Positions 32,757 through 42,911 of a stretch of DNA of 64,000 bases are shown here, piece by piece. Position 1 is the stretch's first letter, and each line of letters starts with the position of its first letter. Origin of the DNA: Truepera sp. (lineage in GTDB: Bacteria; Deinococcota; Deinococci; Deinococcales; Trueperaceae). The stretch lies in assembly GCA_965218435.1 (NCBI GenBank), contig CBDCKW010000009.1:2752001-2816000 (forward strand). Direction: 5' to 3'. Made by a program: the position numbers and the translations under genes. The notes beneath the pieces were generated by a model. The model was not told the DNA's origin and did not search any database. It saw only the letters and a program-made list of their open reading frames with translations.

Positions 32757-32854
32757 ACGTATACACGCTAGCGAGAAAGGCTTAGACCTTTTGGTACGCA
32801 ACCGGTTGACCTAATGGCCCATGCGGTAAGGGTGCAAAGCAGCTACTATAACCC

Positions 32855-33151
32855 ATGACCAGAACGGAAATCGCCTCGTTTATCCAGCGCCTGATGCGCC
32901 GCGAACTCGGTGACGGAGAACTCTCCGCCCTAACCACCAGAGACTTAGACGACATCAACACCTACCTCGCCGAACGCGCCAAAGCCAGCCGGGATGCTAG
33001 GCAAGGTAGTGCTAGACAAAATAGCGCCAATAGTGCCAGACAAAGCGTTGAGCAGCGGGTCAAAACGGTTCAGGGAAGCTTGCAGGCGTTCAAGGCGGCC
33101 AGAAGCTACTCCGAAAAAGAGATTTTACTCGAGTTCGGGGTGCTGGACTAA
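32855..33151 (+). CDS. Hypothetical protein
   Basis: Helical 98-aa ORF; TACTAT -10 5 nt upstream; followed by a terminator. Confidence 0.65.
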   Translation: MTRTEIASFIQRLMRRELGDGELSALTTRDLDDINTYLAERAKASRDARQGSARQNSANSARQSVEQRVKTVQGSLQAFKAARSYSEKEILLEFGVLD

Positions 33152-33172
33152 ACCGGTAGAAACCTTGATAGA

Positions 33173-33211
33173 GCCTGCGGACTTCACCGAGTAGCGAAGT
33201 CCGCAGCTTTT
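33173..33211. terminator. Terminator between convergent genes
   Basis: CTGCGGACTTC-loop-GAAGTCCGCAG followed by CTTTT. Confidence 0.75.
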
Positions 33212-33238
33212 GCTTAAACGTCTGTTAAGGCTCGAGCC

Positions 33239-34201
33239 CTAGCTAAACAGTTTAAGCGGTAGATAAAACGACACCACCCAGTTCGGCGCGTCCACAATTT
33301 CACTGATCCGCAGGTCACACGCCACGCTGCAAAGAAGATACGCGTCTTCCGGCGAAAGCCCGTAGCGTTTGCCCAAATGTTCAATCATCGAGAGCACCGC
33401 GTCTTGGCTCGCCGTCATCAGGTCAGCGCCCACGCCCGTCGTGACGTAATAGCCCCTTTCGTCGAGGTGACGCATCACCGGCCCCGACGTTTCAAACTGA
33501 GGTGCGCGTAAGTTAGCCCCTTTAACGAGTTCAAACTGCACCGTCAGCGCCATCGGTGATTCGATAGCGGTGCCGCAGACCTCGCCGTCCCCTTGGGCGG
33601 CGTGCGTGTCACCGACCGAAAAGAGCGCACCGTCAACCTGGACGGGTAGGTGCAAGGTGCTGCCGACCGCCAGATCACGAATGTCGAGGTTACCGCCGCA
33701 CGCCCGTGGCGGGACGATGCTGTGCAGCCCCGGTTGGGCGGGCGCAACCCCGATGGTGCCGGGAAACGCTTTGAGCGGGACGCTGATTCCAGCGGCAAAA
33801 GCGGCGCTCTCCCCGCTAAACGTCCAGGTTTTGAGATAGGGGTCTCTAAAGTGTTCAGCGAGCAAACCGAAACCGGGAATGTTCGCCGTCCAGCCCCACC
33901 CGCTCGGCTTGAGCTCTAAAATCTTGACGCTGAGGGCGTCGCCGGGTTCGGCACCTAAAATTCTGATCGGCCCGGTCACCGGGTTGATCTTGCCGAAGTC
34001 GAGGGCGGTAACGTCAGCTACAGTAGACGACGCGCTCAGCTGACCACCCGAGGCGTCGAGGGTCTCGAGCGTGAGCGTGTCGCCGGGGAGGAGCTCCAAA
34101 ACGGGCTCGAGCGAATTGTCCCACCCCGTATGGCTGTGCTCACTGTGAATGGTTTTGATACTGCTGGACGCAGGTTTACTGGACGCGGGTTTATTGGACA
34201 T
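33239..34201 (-). CDS. Acetamidase/formamidase family protein
   Basis: NPVTGPI, FPGTIGVAP, GGNLDIRDL, GDTHAAQGDGEVCGTAIE, AYLLCSVACDL; start ATG 34201. Confidence 0.92.
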   Translation of the reverse strand: MSNKPASSKPASSSIKTIHSEHSHTGWDNSLEPVLELLPGDTLTLETLDASGGQLSASSTVADVTALDFGKINPVTGPIRILGAEPGDALSVKILELKPSGWGWTANIPGFGLLAEHFRDPYLKTWTFSGESAAFAAGISVPLKAFPGTIGVAPAQPGLHSIVPPRACGGNLDIRDLAVGSTLHLPVQVDGALFSVGDTHAAQGDGEVCGTAIESPMALTVQFELVKGANLRAPQFETSGPVMRHLDERGYYVTTGVGADLMTASQDAVLSMIEHLGKRYGLSPEDAYLLCSVACDLRISEIVDAPNWVVSFYLPLKLFS

Positions 34202-35783
34202 AGACGTTTTCGTAGTCAACCGGCGTGTGGGTCGGGTCAACAAAGATACCTTCCGGCCCTGCCAACCGCGCCGCATGGACCGTATAACGCGTTTCGTTAA
34301 AGACCGGTACCCACGGCGCGTCTTTCATCACCGAAGTGTAAATGTCTGCCCACGCCTTTTCACGCTCAGCAGCTTGACCGGGTTGCACCATCGCGTCGGC
34401 CGCAGTCGCCTCTGCGTCAAGTTTTTCATTGCAGTACCAGGCCCAGTTCCACCCGCCCTGCACAGCGCCCGCACAGCCCAGAATCGGCCAGTAAAAGTTG
34501 CTCGGGTCGGGGTAGTCGGCAATCCACGCCATCCCGCCCGACCAGATCATCGGCGCACCTTCGGGTTCACCCCCGGCAGCGATGACGGTACTCTGCGCCT
34601 GCGTCCGCAGCTCAGCGGTAATCCCGACCGCCGCCAAATCTTGCTGCACGGCCTGCGCGATACGCGGGTTTGGATCTGTATTGGTGGCGTAGAGCTGTGT
34701 GCTAAACCCGTCCGGGAACCCCGCTTCAGCGAGGAGTGCTTTGGCCCCTTCAGGGTCATAAGCGTAACCCTTGTACGAATCGTTGTAACCGGGCATCAGT
34801 GGCGGGAGCGGCTGCGTCGCCGGAGTCGCACGGCCGTTGATAATTTGGATGATCCGGTCTTTGTTCACAGCCATGTTGACCGCTTGTCGGACCTTGACGT
34901 TATCGAACGGCGCGACGTTACCGTTCAGCGTGATATAGCCCGTTTGTAGCTGCGGACCGCTGGCAATGAGGTCTTGGTTGGCCGCGTTACTGGTAAATGT
35001 GACAAATTGTGCGGGCGGGATGCCGTCGCCTAAGATGTCAGCCTGACCGCGTTGCAGGCGTAACAGGGCGACCGTCGGTTCGACGCCAACTTCATACGTT
35101 ACCTCGTCTAAATACGGCAATCCTTTGTGAAAATAATCGGGATTGCGCTCGATCACGAGGCGCTGCCCGAGTTGCCACTCGCGGAGCTTAAATGCGCCCG
35201 TGCCGACCGGATGACGGCCAAAGTCCTCGCCGTAACGTTCGACCTCTTCTTGCGGTACGACATACGAAAAGTTGAGTGCCATCAGGTGCAAAAACGGGGC
35301 GCTCGGTTCGTCGAGCGTAATCTCTACGGTGGTGTCGTCAGGCGTCTGAATGCCGGACACTTCGGTGGCTTTGCCGTCAACGAACGCTTGTGCGCCGCTG
35401 ATGCCGAGGTAAAAGCCCTGACCGGGGCTCCGCGTGGCGGGGTTTAAGGTGCGCTCGAGCGAATACTTCACATCTTCCGCGGTCATTTCGCGGCCGTTAT
35501 GAAACTTGACGCCTTGGCGCAGCCCAAACGTATAGGTTTTGCCGTCTTTGGATACGGTATAGCTTTCGGCCAGGTTGGGCTCGAGGTCTGCCGTCCCCGG
35601 TTTGTAGCCCATCAGCCCGCTAAACATCGCCTTGATGATCGAAAAGTTCTGCCAGTCGTAGCCGATCGCCGGGTCGAGCGTCGAGATATCGTCTTTATAC
35701 GTCACCACGATGCTCCCGCCCTGCTGCTGGGCCATACCCAAACCACCTAATAGAAGAACTACACCGAAAACCAAACGCTTCAT
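34191..35783 (-). CDS. ABC transporter substrate-binding protein, family 5 (Dpp/Opp-like)
   Basis: Signal peptide, TLDPA, LRQGVKFHNG..TAEDVKYS, PVGTGAF, VRQAVNMAVNK; start ATG 35783. Confidence 0.92.
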   Translation of the reverse strand: MKRLVFGVVLLLGGLGMAQQQGGSIVVTYKDDISTLDPAIGYDWQNFSIIKAMFSGLMGYKPGTADLEPNLAESYTVSKDGKTYTFGLRQGVKFHNGREMTAEDVKYSLERTLNPATRSPGQGFYLGISGAQAFVDGKATEVSGIQTPDDTTVEITLDEPSAPFLHLMALNFSYVVPQEEVERYGEDFGRHPVGTGAFKLREWQLGQRLVIERNPDYFHKGLPYLDEVTYEVGVEPTVALLRLQRGQADILGDGIPPAQFVTFTSNAANQDLIASGPQLQTGYITLNGNVAPFDNVKVRQAVNMAVNKDRIIQIINGRATPATQPLPPLMPGYNDSYKGYAYDPEGAKALLAEAGFPDGFSTQLYATNTDPNPRIAQAVQQDLAAVGITAELRTQAQSTVIAAGGEPEGAPMIWSGGMAWIADYPDPSNFYWPILGCAGAVQGGWNWAWYCNEKLDAEATAADAMVQPGQAAEREKAWADIYTSVMKDAPWVPVFNETRYTVHAARLAGPEGIFVDPTHTPVDYENVYVQ

Positions 35784-35829
35784 CTTTCCCCTTTCACGCG
35801 AGCAGCGGCTCACGGACCAACCAAAAGAG

Positions 35830-36750
35830 CTAATTGTAACGGAGCCTCGGGTCAACCAGTGGATACACGAGGTCGGCCAGCAAATTGCCTAAGACGATAA
35901 AAAACGCCGTGATCAGCACCGTGCCCATAATGACCGGAATGTCCAGAACCTGAATCGCCTGCCACGCGAGCTGCCCGATACCAGGCCACGCGAAGACCGA
36001 TTCAACGACGACCACGCCGCCCATAAGTAACCCGATATCGAGACCGATCATGGCGATAATCGGCAGCACCGCGTTACGCAGCGCGTGTTTCAGCACCACG
36101 CGCCGCCGCGCCAACCCTTTAGCCGTGCCGGTGCGGATGTAGTCGGACCCAAGGGTCTCGAGCATCGCCGCCCGCATCACCCGGGCGTACCACCCGGCCC
36201 CGGTCGTCGCTAAGGTCAAGGCTGGCAAGATCAGATGTTGCGGCGTCCCGTAACCGCCGAGCGGTAGGAGCGCCCAGTGGTAGGCAAACACGTAGAGCAA
36301 AATCAGGCCCAGGGCAAATTGCGGTGCGGACACCCCCACAAACGCGAAGACCATCACCCCTTTGTCAAGTGCGCGTCCTGCGTAGAGCGCCGCCAAAATC
36401 CCGAGGGGGACGCCGAAAAGCAGCTCGAGAAAAATCCCGCCCGCCGTGAGTTGCAAGGTTGCGGGCAAACGTGAGAAGAGGAGCGTCCGAATTTCGGTGC
36501 GCTGCTGGTACGAGCGGCCTAGATCACCCCGCGCCAAGCCGCCGACGTAACGCCCGTACTGGACGTAGAGCGGCCGGTCGAGCCCAAGCTGAGCCCGAAT
36601 CCCGGCGACGGTTTCAGCGTTCGCTTGACGACCCGCGAGCATCCGCGCGGGGTCAGCCGGAATCAGGTTGGTCAGCAAAAACGAGACCGTAACGACCCCT
36701 AACAACACAAAAATGGTTTGGGCCAGTCGAGAGGCGAGGTAACTCAGCAT
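35830..36750 (-). CDS. ABC transporter permease (DppB-like)
   Basis: GLDRPLYVQY, GDLGRSY, DYIRTGTAKGL, HALRNA, ESVFAWPGIG; start ATG 36750. Confidence 0.92.
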   Translation of the reverse strand: MLSYLASRLAQTIFVLLGVVTVSFLLTNLIPADPARMLAGRQANAETVAGIRAQLGLDRPLYVQYGRYVGGLARGDLGRSYQQRTEIRTLLFSRLPATLQLTAGGIFLELLFGVPLGILAALYAGRALDKGVMVFAFVGVSAPQFALGLILLYVFAYHWALLPLGGYGTPQHLILPALTLATTGAGWYARVMRAAMLETLGSDYIRTGTAKGLARRRVVLKHALRNAVLPIIAMIGLDIGLLMGGVVVVESVFAWPGIGQLAWQAIQVLDIPVIMGTVLITAFFIVLGNLLADLVYPLVDPRLRYN

Positions 36751-36760
36751 AGCCCTAACC

Positions 36761-37645
36761 CTAAAGACCTTTCGGGTCGAGCGCGTCACGCAGCGCGTCA
36801 CCCACGAGGTTAAAGGCGACGGCGGTCAGCAAAATCGCCAGCCCCGGAAACGCCACGAGCCACGGCGCGGTAAAAAAGAACGACTGACTTTCGTTGATGA
36901 TGCCGCCCCAACTCGGCGTCGGCGGCTGCACCCCGACGCCTAAAAACGACAGGGTGGCTTCGAGCAGCACCGTCGTCGAAATCCCCAAAGTGCCGTACAC
37001 GAGCATCGTCGGCAACACGTGCGGAACGAGGTGCCGAAACAAAATTCGGCTACGGCTCGCCCCGAGGGAGAGGGCCGCACCGACAAACTCGTTTTCGGAT
37101 AACGCCAATACCTGCGCGTAAACGACTCGCGCAACCTGCACCCAGTTTACCAGCGCGATCACCAGCGCGACGATCCACAGACTCGGGCGCAAAATCGCCG
37201 AGAGCGCAATCGCTAAGAGCAGCGCCGGAAACGCCATCATCACGTCGGTAAACCGCATGATGAGAAACCCGACCCAACCCTTGAAGTAACCGGCCAGCAC
37301 GCCTAAAAACGTCCCTAACAGGAGCGCCGCAGCGTTCGCAGCGAGGCCGATGGTAAGTGAGACGCGAGCCCCGTAAAGGAGCCTCGAGAATAGGTCACGC
37401 CCGAGCAGATCGGTGCCGAGCAAGAAATGACCGTTCGGCGGCAGCGGCGAACCGGTCAGGGTTAAGCCGTCAAAAAATTGCTCGTCCGGGTTGTAAGGGG
37501 CGAGTAGCGGCGCAAAAACCGCGAGAACGACGACGACCAAAACTACACCGAAACCGAACAATCCCAAACCATTACGAAAGAGACGCCGCCAGACCCTGGG
37601 TAGCGTCCGCACCGGACGGCTCTGCGCAGCGTCTTGTATAATCAT
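36761..37645 (-). CDS. ABC transporter permease (DppC-like)
   Basis: LGTDLLGRD, EFVGAALSLGAS, LSFLGVG..PPTPSWG, GDALRDALDP. Confidence 0.92.
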   Translation of the reverse strand: MIIQDAAQSRPVRTLPRVWRRLFRNGLGLFGFGVVLVVVVLAVFAPLLAPYNPDEQFFDGLTLTGSPLPPNGHFLLGTDLLGRDLFSRLLYGARVSLTIGLAANAAALLLGTFLGVLAGYFKGWVGFLIMRFTDVMMAFPALLLAIALSAILRPSLWIVALVIALVNWVQVARVVYAQVLALSENEFVGAALSLGASRSRILFRHLVPHVLPTMLVYGTLGISTTVLLEATLSFLGVGVQPPTPSWGGIINESQSFFFTAPWLVAFPGLAILLTAVAFNLVGDALRDALDPKGL

Positions 37646-38002
37646 GTGACGTTGTAGTGCAGGTTGATCTGAGCCACAGCCAGCCTCCGTTAGTCACAAC
37701 GTATCACCCGGACGAACATTTGACAACATGCCGGTTGAGTCATACCAAAAGACTTGGGTTTACTACGCAAACTGTATAAAGAAGATGGTACGGTCTACAT
37801 TTTAGGCTGTCATTAAGCTTTAACTTGGGCATTTCTCGAGCTCCAGCTGACACAGTTTTTACAGCGGTCTTTTTACCGCGAGTAAAAGGCTAAGCTGAGG
37901 ACTCACTGCAAGCCAGCCCAAACACAGCTGACATCAAAACCAAAAAAGCGTCCGACCTTTTGGGCCGGACACTGTGGCTATGCTGGGTTATGCTACACCA
38001 GC

Positions 38003-39100
38003 TTACGAGAAGCGGATGTTGTCTTCGCTCTCGAGCGTAAACGCGTGCATTTTTGCAGGATCGGCGAGCAGCTCAATCTGGTCACCGGGGCTCACGCGGG
38101 CGTGCGCGTCAACGCGGGCGACTAAGCTCTGGTCGCCGTCGACCGAGGTGATAATCTGCGTTTCCGAACCGAGCGGTTCCACGACCTCAACGGTGGCGCG
38201 GATGACGTTGTCACTCCCGGGAACGCCGTCAACACCGCGCAGGCCGAGGTCTTCCGGGCGAATGCCGAAGTACACTTTTTGGCCGTTGACCTTTTTGAGT
38301 TTTTGAGCAAGCTCGGCGTCGGGTGTGACGCTAAAGCTCTGGCCCGAGATTTTCCCGTCTTGCACCGTACCGACCAAAAAGTTCATCGCCGGAGAGCCCA
38401 TAAAACCCGCGACAAATCTGTTTTTGGGTTTTTCGTAGAGGTTAATCGGCGAATCTACCTGCTGAATCAGACCGTCTTTCATCACCACGATCCGCGTGCC
38501 CATCGTCATCGCCTCAACCTGGTCGTGCGTGACGTAAACGGTCGTAACGCCGAGACGCTGGTGCAGCTTGGTAATCGAGGCGCGCATCTCGACGCGGAGC
38601 TTAGCGTCTAAGTTCGAGAGCGGCTCGTCCATCAAAAAGACTTTCGGCTCGCGTACAATCGCGCGGCCCAAGGCGACACGCTGCCGCTGACCCCCGGAGA
38701 GTTCACGTGGGCGGCGCTGCAACAGGTGTTCGATCTGCAAGATTTTAGCGGCGTCGTTGACACGCCGGGTAATGTCTTGCTTGGGAGTTTTACGGAGCCG
38801 CAACCCGAACGACATATTCTGCTCGACGTTCATGTGCGGGTAAAGTGCGTAGTTTTGAAAGACCATGGCGATATCGCGGTCTTTGGGCGGGACATCGTTG
38901 ACCACCCGGTCACCGATACGGAGGTTGCCGTCGCTGATCTCTTCTAACCCGGCAATCATCCGCAGCGTCGTCGTTTTACCACATCCCGAAGGCCCGACGA
39001 AGACCATAAACTCTTCGTCTTTGATCTCCAAGTTAAAGTCTTTTACGACCGTGACGGGGCCGTAGCGCTTGTAGATATGGTCGAGCACTACTTCTGCCAT
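38003..39100 (-). CDS. malK: Sugar ABC transporter ATP-binding protein (MalK/MsmX family)
   Basis: GPSGCGKTT, VFQNYALYPHM, LSGGQRQR, DEPLSNLDAKLR, C-terminal TOBE domain. Confidence 0.9.
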   Translation of the reverse strand: MAEVVLDHIYKRYGPVTVVKDFNLEIKDEEFMVFVGPSGCGKTTTLRMIAGLEEISDGNLRIGDRVVNDVPPKDRDIAMVFQNYALYPHMNVEQNMSFGLRLRKTPKQDITRRVNDAAKILQIEHLLQRRPRELSGGQRQRVALGRAIVREPKVFLMDEPLSNLDAKLRVEMRASITKLHQRLGVTTVYVTHDQVEAMTMGTRIVVMKDGLIQQVDSPINLYEKPKNRFVAGFMGSPAMNFLVGTVQDGKISGQSFSVTPDAELAQKLKKVNGQKVYFGIRPEDLGLRGVDGVPGSDNVIRATVEVVEPLGSETQIITSVDGDQSLVARVDAHARVSPGDQIELLADPAKMHAFTLESEDNIRFS

Positions 39101-39277
39101 GCTTTCCTCCTGTTGCGCCCTGTTTGATTAGACCCCGAAAGGCCCCCGGACGCGGTAGTAAGCTGAGTTAGGCAAGTGTAGCACAACAGCTTTCGTAGCG
39201 ACAAGCTCTTTACAGCGCCTTTTGCCGTGACTCGTTGCCGAAACCAGGGTGATTCGACGCGCGTGGTTTGATACGCC

Positions 39278-40084
39278 ATGACCCCTTCCCTCCTCGCAGT
39301 CTTTGCCCACCCCGACGATGAAGTCTTTTCCGGCGGCACGCTCGCGCACTACGCTAAGCTAGGCGTCAAGGTCACGCTTTTATGCGCGACTAAGGGCGAC
39401 GCGGGTAAAGTGACCGACCCTGAGCTTAAGGTCAGTGGCCCCGAAGAACTCGCGGCGCTCCGGGAGGATGAGCTGCGGCGCTCGGCCGACCTGCTCGGGA
39501 TACAAAACGTCGTGATGCTCGGCTACGGCGATTCGGGGCGCGAAGAGCGGACCCGGACGGGCGACAAAAAAGCCCTGATGAACGTTGACCTGTTTGACCT
39601 CGAGGCCAAGGTGCGGGAGGTCATCGCTAGGGTGCAGCCGCAAGTGCTGCTGACCTTTGACCCCCACGGCGGCTACGGCCACGCCGACCACTTAGCCGTT
39701 CACCGGGCGACGAGCGCGGCGTTTTTCTCAACCGGGCATCTTGAACCCGCGCCCCAAAGACTGTTTTTCGGAGTTAGCCCGACTGCGGTGGCCAAAATGC
39801 TGGGGGAGGCTCGAGGGCTTGACCCGCTGCTCTACGGCGTTTCGGACAATACCGTTACCGTAAAACTAGATGTCAAGGCGCACAGGGAGAAAAAGCAGGC
39901 CGCGCTTAAGGCGCACCGCTCGCAGATGGGGCCGACCTCGAGGATGGCGCAGATGACCGAAGAGGCGAAGACCAAATTCGAGAGTTTTTTCGAGACCGAA
40001 GCGTTCGCTTTGGGCGGTTTTCGGGGACCGCTCGAGTTGCCCCTACGCGGCCTGTTTGACGGCTTGGGGTTGGACATTACCTAA
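39278..40084 (+). CDS. PIG-L family deacetylase (MshB/BshB-like)
   Basis: AHPDDE, GGYGHADH, ALKAHRSQ. Confidence 0.88.
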   Translation: MTPSLLAVFAHPDDEVFSGGTLAHYAKLGVKVTLLCATKGDAGKVTDPELKVSGPEELAALREDELRRSADLLGIQNVVMLGYGDSGREERTRTGDKKALMNVDLFDLEAKVREVIARVQPQVLLTFDPHGGYGHADHLAVHRATSAAFFSTGHLEPAPQRLFFGVSPTAVAKMLGEARGLDPLLYGVSDNTVTVKLDVKAHREKKQAALKAHRSQMGPTSRMAQMTEEAKTKFESFFETEAFALGGFRGPLELPLRGLFDGLGLDIT

Positions 40085-41587
40085 ACCGGTGTCGTTTAAG
40101 TAACCGTTTTCGGCCATGATACGTTTGCGCTCGAGCTGCGTTTCGGGCCGTTTCAAAAACATGGCGAGTTTACCTCTGGCCTCGGCCACCGCTTTTTTAT
40201 GCTCAACGATGGGGTGTGGATAGTCCCGGCCGATCACGCAACCGAGCATCGCTTGGGTAAGGGGCGGAAGCGTGTGCGGCTCGGCAAGATAATGCGTCGG
40301 TACCGGCGTAAGCTCCGGTACCCAGCGGCGGATAAACGCGCCCGTCGGGTCGTGCTCCCTAGCTTGTTTGAGCGGTGAATAAAGCCTCAGGGTATGAACG
40401 CTCGTTACACCAGCTTGCATCTGCAGCTGAAACCAGTGAATCCCCGGCTCGGTGTCGAGCCAATGACGCGCCAAAAACCTCCCCACCGGACGCCAGTCGA
40501 GCCACAGATGATGGGCGGCAAACGAAACCAGCATCGCCCGCATCCGAAAGTTGAGCTTTCCCTCTGCTAAAAGTGCCCGGATGCACGCGTCCACCATCGG
40601 GTAGCCGGTTTGTCCGGCACAAAACGCCTCGAAGCGTTCGCTCGAGAAATCAGCCCGCAAACCTTCAAAGGCGCGGTTAAGGGGGCGGAACTCGAGCCCC
40701 GGTTCACGTTCAAAGTGCTGCATAAAACCCTCTCGCCACCGTAAACGGTTGTGAAACATCGCCAATGAGCGCAGCCACGCGGCGTCTCGCGGTGCGCCTG
40801 CCGGACGCGCGCGTAGCACACGCTGTTTACGGGCACTCTCCTGAAAAACCTGACGGCTCGAGACGTTCCCCCAAGCCAGATACGGGCTCAGGTGCGACGC
40901 GCTGACACGGGAGCGTTCCGGGCTCGAGATGTCCCGCGCGTAGCTCAGGCCGCGCCGAGTCAAAAAGCTCTCTAACACCTCATGCGCCGCCGCTTCGCCT
41001 GCTACCGGCAAGGTCTTTCTCGTCGGTTTTAGGCCCAGCTCCCAGGGGGTTCGGTGGCGTTCAGCTGAAATAGACGCTGAAATCAGACGTTTGGGCGGCG
41101 CTAAGATGGGTGTATAAACCGTCCCAAACCAGTGCTCGCGCCACGCTTCGCCGCGCACGCCTGCAGCCCTTTGGCCCCGCAGCACCGCACCGTTTGCAAA
41201 CTCGTAAAACGGCACGCCCCTGGCCTTCGCCCACTGCCTGACCCGCTTGTCCCTCGAGAACGACACCGCGTTCCCTGTCTCTTCGTGCGCGTAAAGCCCG
41301 GCAATTCCGTAATCTTTACGCAGCGTTTCTAAAACGTCCGGCATAGACCCGACCCGGTAGAGCAGCCGCCCGCCTAATTTGACGAGCTCGGTCTCGAGGC
41401 TCAGCAAAGACTGATTGATAAACTCGAGGTGCGCCGCGTCAAACTCAGCGTCGTTATATACTTCGGGTTCGTAGACGTACAAGCCGACGACCGGCGCGTG
41501 CTTGGCTGCAGCTAGAAGCGGCGCGTGGTCGGCGAGCCGCAGGTCACGTTTATACCAGACGATGTGAAGGGGCGTCGACACAGGCAC
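40043..41587 (-). CDS. DNA photolyase/cryptochrome family protein
   Basis: VWYKRDLRLADH, SHLSPYLAWG, GQTGYPMVDA, NFRMRAMLVSF, FIRRWVPEL, YPHPIV. Confidence 0.88.
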   Translation of the reverse strand: MPVSTPLHIVWYKRDLRLADHAPLLAAAKHAPVVGLYVYEPEVYNDAEFDAAHLEFINQSLLSLETELVKLGGRLLYRVGSMPDVLETLRKDYGIAGLYAHEETGNAVSFSRDKRVRQWAKARGVPFYEFANGAVLRGQRAAGVRGEAWREHWFGTVYTPILAPPKRLISASISAERHRTPWELGLKPTRKTLPVAGEAAAHEVLESFLTRRGLSYARDISSPERSRVSASHLSPYLAWGNVSSRQVFQESARKQRVLRARPAGAPRDAAWLRSLAMFHNRLRWREGFMQHFEREPGLEFRPLNRAFEGLRADFSSERFEAFCAGQTGYPMVDACIRALLAEGKLNFRMRAMLVSFAAHHLWLDWRPVGRFLARHWLDTEPGIHWFQLQMQAGVTSVHTLRLYSPLKQAREHDPTGAFIRRWVPELTPVPTHYLAEPHTLPPLTQAMLGCVIGRDYPHPIVEHKKAVAEARGKLAMFLKRPETQLERKRIMAENGYLNDTGLGNVQPQAVKQAA

Positions 41588-41774
41588 CCGTTATAGTACC
41601 TTAATTAATTAGGTATTTAGGCTGTTTCAGCTTACGCTTTAGACGTGACAGCTACAGAGCTTGCCTGTAAAAAGTACAGCGTGATCTCTTGGCTTTAGGC
41701 TAAAGTTAAACAAGACGGCCGACAGCGCCGAGGCACAGAAAGCGGCGTAAAGTGTCGTGAAGGTGAGGTAAAAC

Positions 41775-42779
41775 GTGAAGGTTTTAATTACCGGGGGTGC
41801 GGGGTATATCGGCAGTACGGTGGCGAGCGCGTTAGAGGACACCGGCCACACCCCCGTTTTGCTCGATTCGCTCGTCAGCGGTCCGCGAGTATTTACCCAA
41901 GGGCGTATTTTTTACGAAGGCGACGTCGCCGATAAAGAACTCCTAACCCAAATTTTTAATGATCACCCAGACATTCACGCGACCGTTCACTGCGCCGCAC
42001 TGATCATCGTCCCGGAGTCGGTCGAGCACCCCTACCGCTATTATCACGAGAATGTCTGTAAGTCTTTGGAGCTTTTTAGGCTCTTAACTGAGTTGGGGCA
42101 TCCCAGGGTCGTCTTTAGCTCGTCGGCGAGTATCTACGACGCCGTGCCGGGGTTTAAGGTCACCGAGGACGCGCCGCTCAAGCCCTCGTCGCCGTATGCC
42201 CGGACCAAATACATGATGGAACAGGTGTTGTCCGACCTGGCGCACGCCACGCCTTTACGCGGGATTGCGCTGCGCTACTTTAACCCTATCGGGGCCGATC
42301 CCGAATACCGCAGCGGCATCTATGTCCCCGAACCCTCGCATGTCCTCGGCAAACTGGTAGACACGGCTTTAGGCAAACAAGCCGAGTTTAAGATTACCGG
42401 CGTGGACTGGCCTACGCGTGACGGCAGCGGCATCCGGGACTATGTGCATGTGTGGGATTTGGCCAGAGCGCACGTCGCAGCGGTGACGCGGTTTGATGAC
42501 GTGCTTGCTGAGGTTGACGCACCCTACGCAGTTATCAACTTAGGCACCGGCAACGGCGTCACAGTCAAAGAACTCGTCGCAGCGTTTGAACGGGTTTGGG
42601 GCAGCGAGATTGCCAAAGTCGAAGCGCCGCCGCGCCCCGGCGACGTAGCTGGAGCCTACGCGGACGCAGACCGGGCCAAAGCTCTCCTCGACTGGCAGGC
42701 AGAACTAAGCATTGATGAAGGGATTGAGAGTGCGCTCGAGTGGGGCCGCCGCCGCGAAAAAATCTTGGGGTACCCGTAG
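41775..42779 (+). CDS. galE: UDP-glucose 4-epimerase
   Basis: TGGAGYIGS, FSSSA, YARTK, LRYFNPIGA, DGSGIRDYVHV, RPGD. Confidence 0.92.
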   Translation: MKVLITGGAGYIGSTVASALEDTGHTPVLLDSLVSGPRVFTQGRIFYEGDVADKELLTQIFNDHPDIHATVHCAALIIVPESVEHPYRYYHENVCKSLELFRLLTELGHPRVVFSSSASIYDAVPGFKVTEDAPLKPSSPYARTKYMMEQVLSDLAHATPLRGIALRYFNPIGADPEYRSGIYVPEPSHVLGKLVDTALGKQAEFKITGVDWPTRDGSGIRDYVHVWDLARAHVAAVTRFDDVLAEVDAPYAVINLGTGNGVTVKELVAAFERVWGSEIAKVEAPPRPGDVAGAYADADRAKALLDWQAELSIDEGIESALEWGRRREKILGYP

Positions 42780-42880
42780 GTAGGTATTATCTGGCAACAA
42801 ACGCTGATAGTGTAGTCGGAACCGCTTAGCACGCACGTTTTAGGGACGATACCGAAGTTCGTCAACTAGCTTTTTTAGAC

Positions 42881-42910
42881 GAAAAAAGCCGAGGCTAAAA
42901 CCTCGGCTTT
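42881..42910. terminator. Terminator for tmRNA (possibly bidirectional with galE)
   Basis: AAAAAAGCCGAGG-CTAAAA-CCTCGGCTTT. Confidence 0.85.
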
Positions 42911-42911
42911 C

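Noticed and set aside
31956..33200. tRNA-Leu as an integration site for an island
   Set aside because: No integrase, no duplicated tRNA 3' end seen in the window, and composition is host-like.
34149..34949. 266-aa antisense ORF and the many other opposite-strand or alternate-frame ORFs in the track
   Set aside because: These are shadow ORFs of well-supported genes, expected at this GC content.
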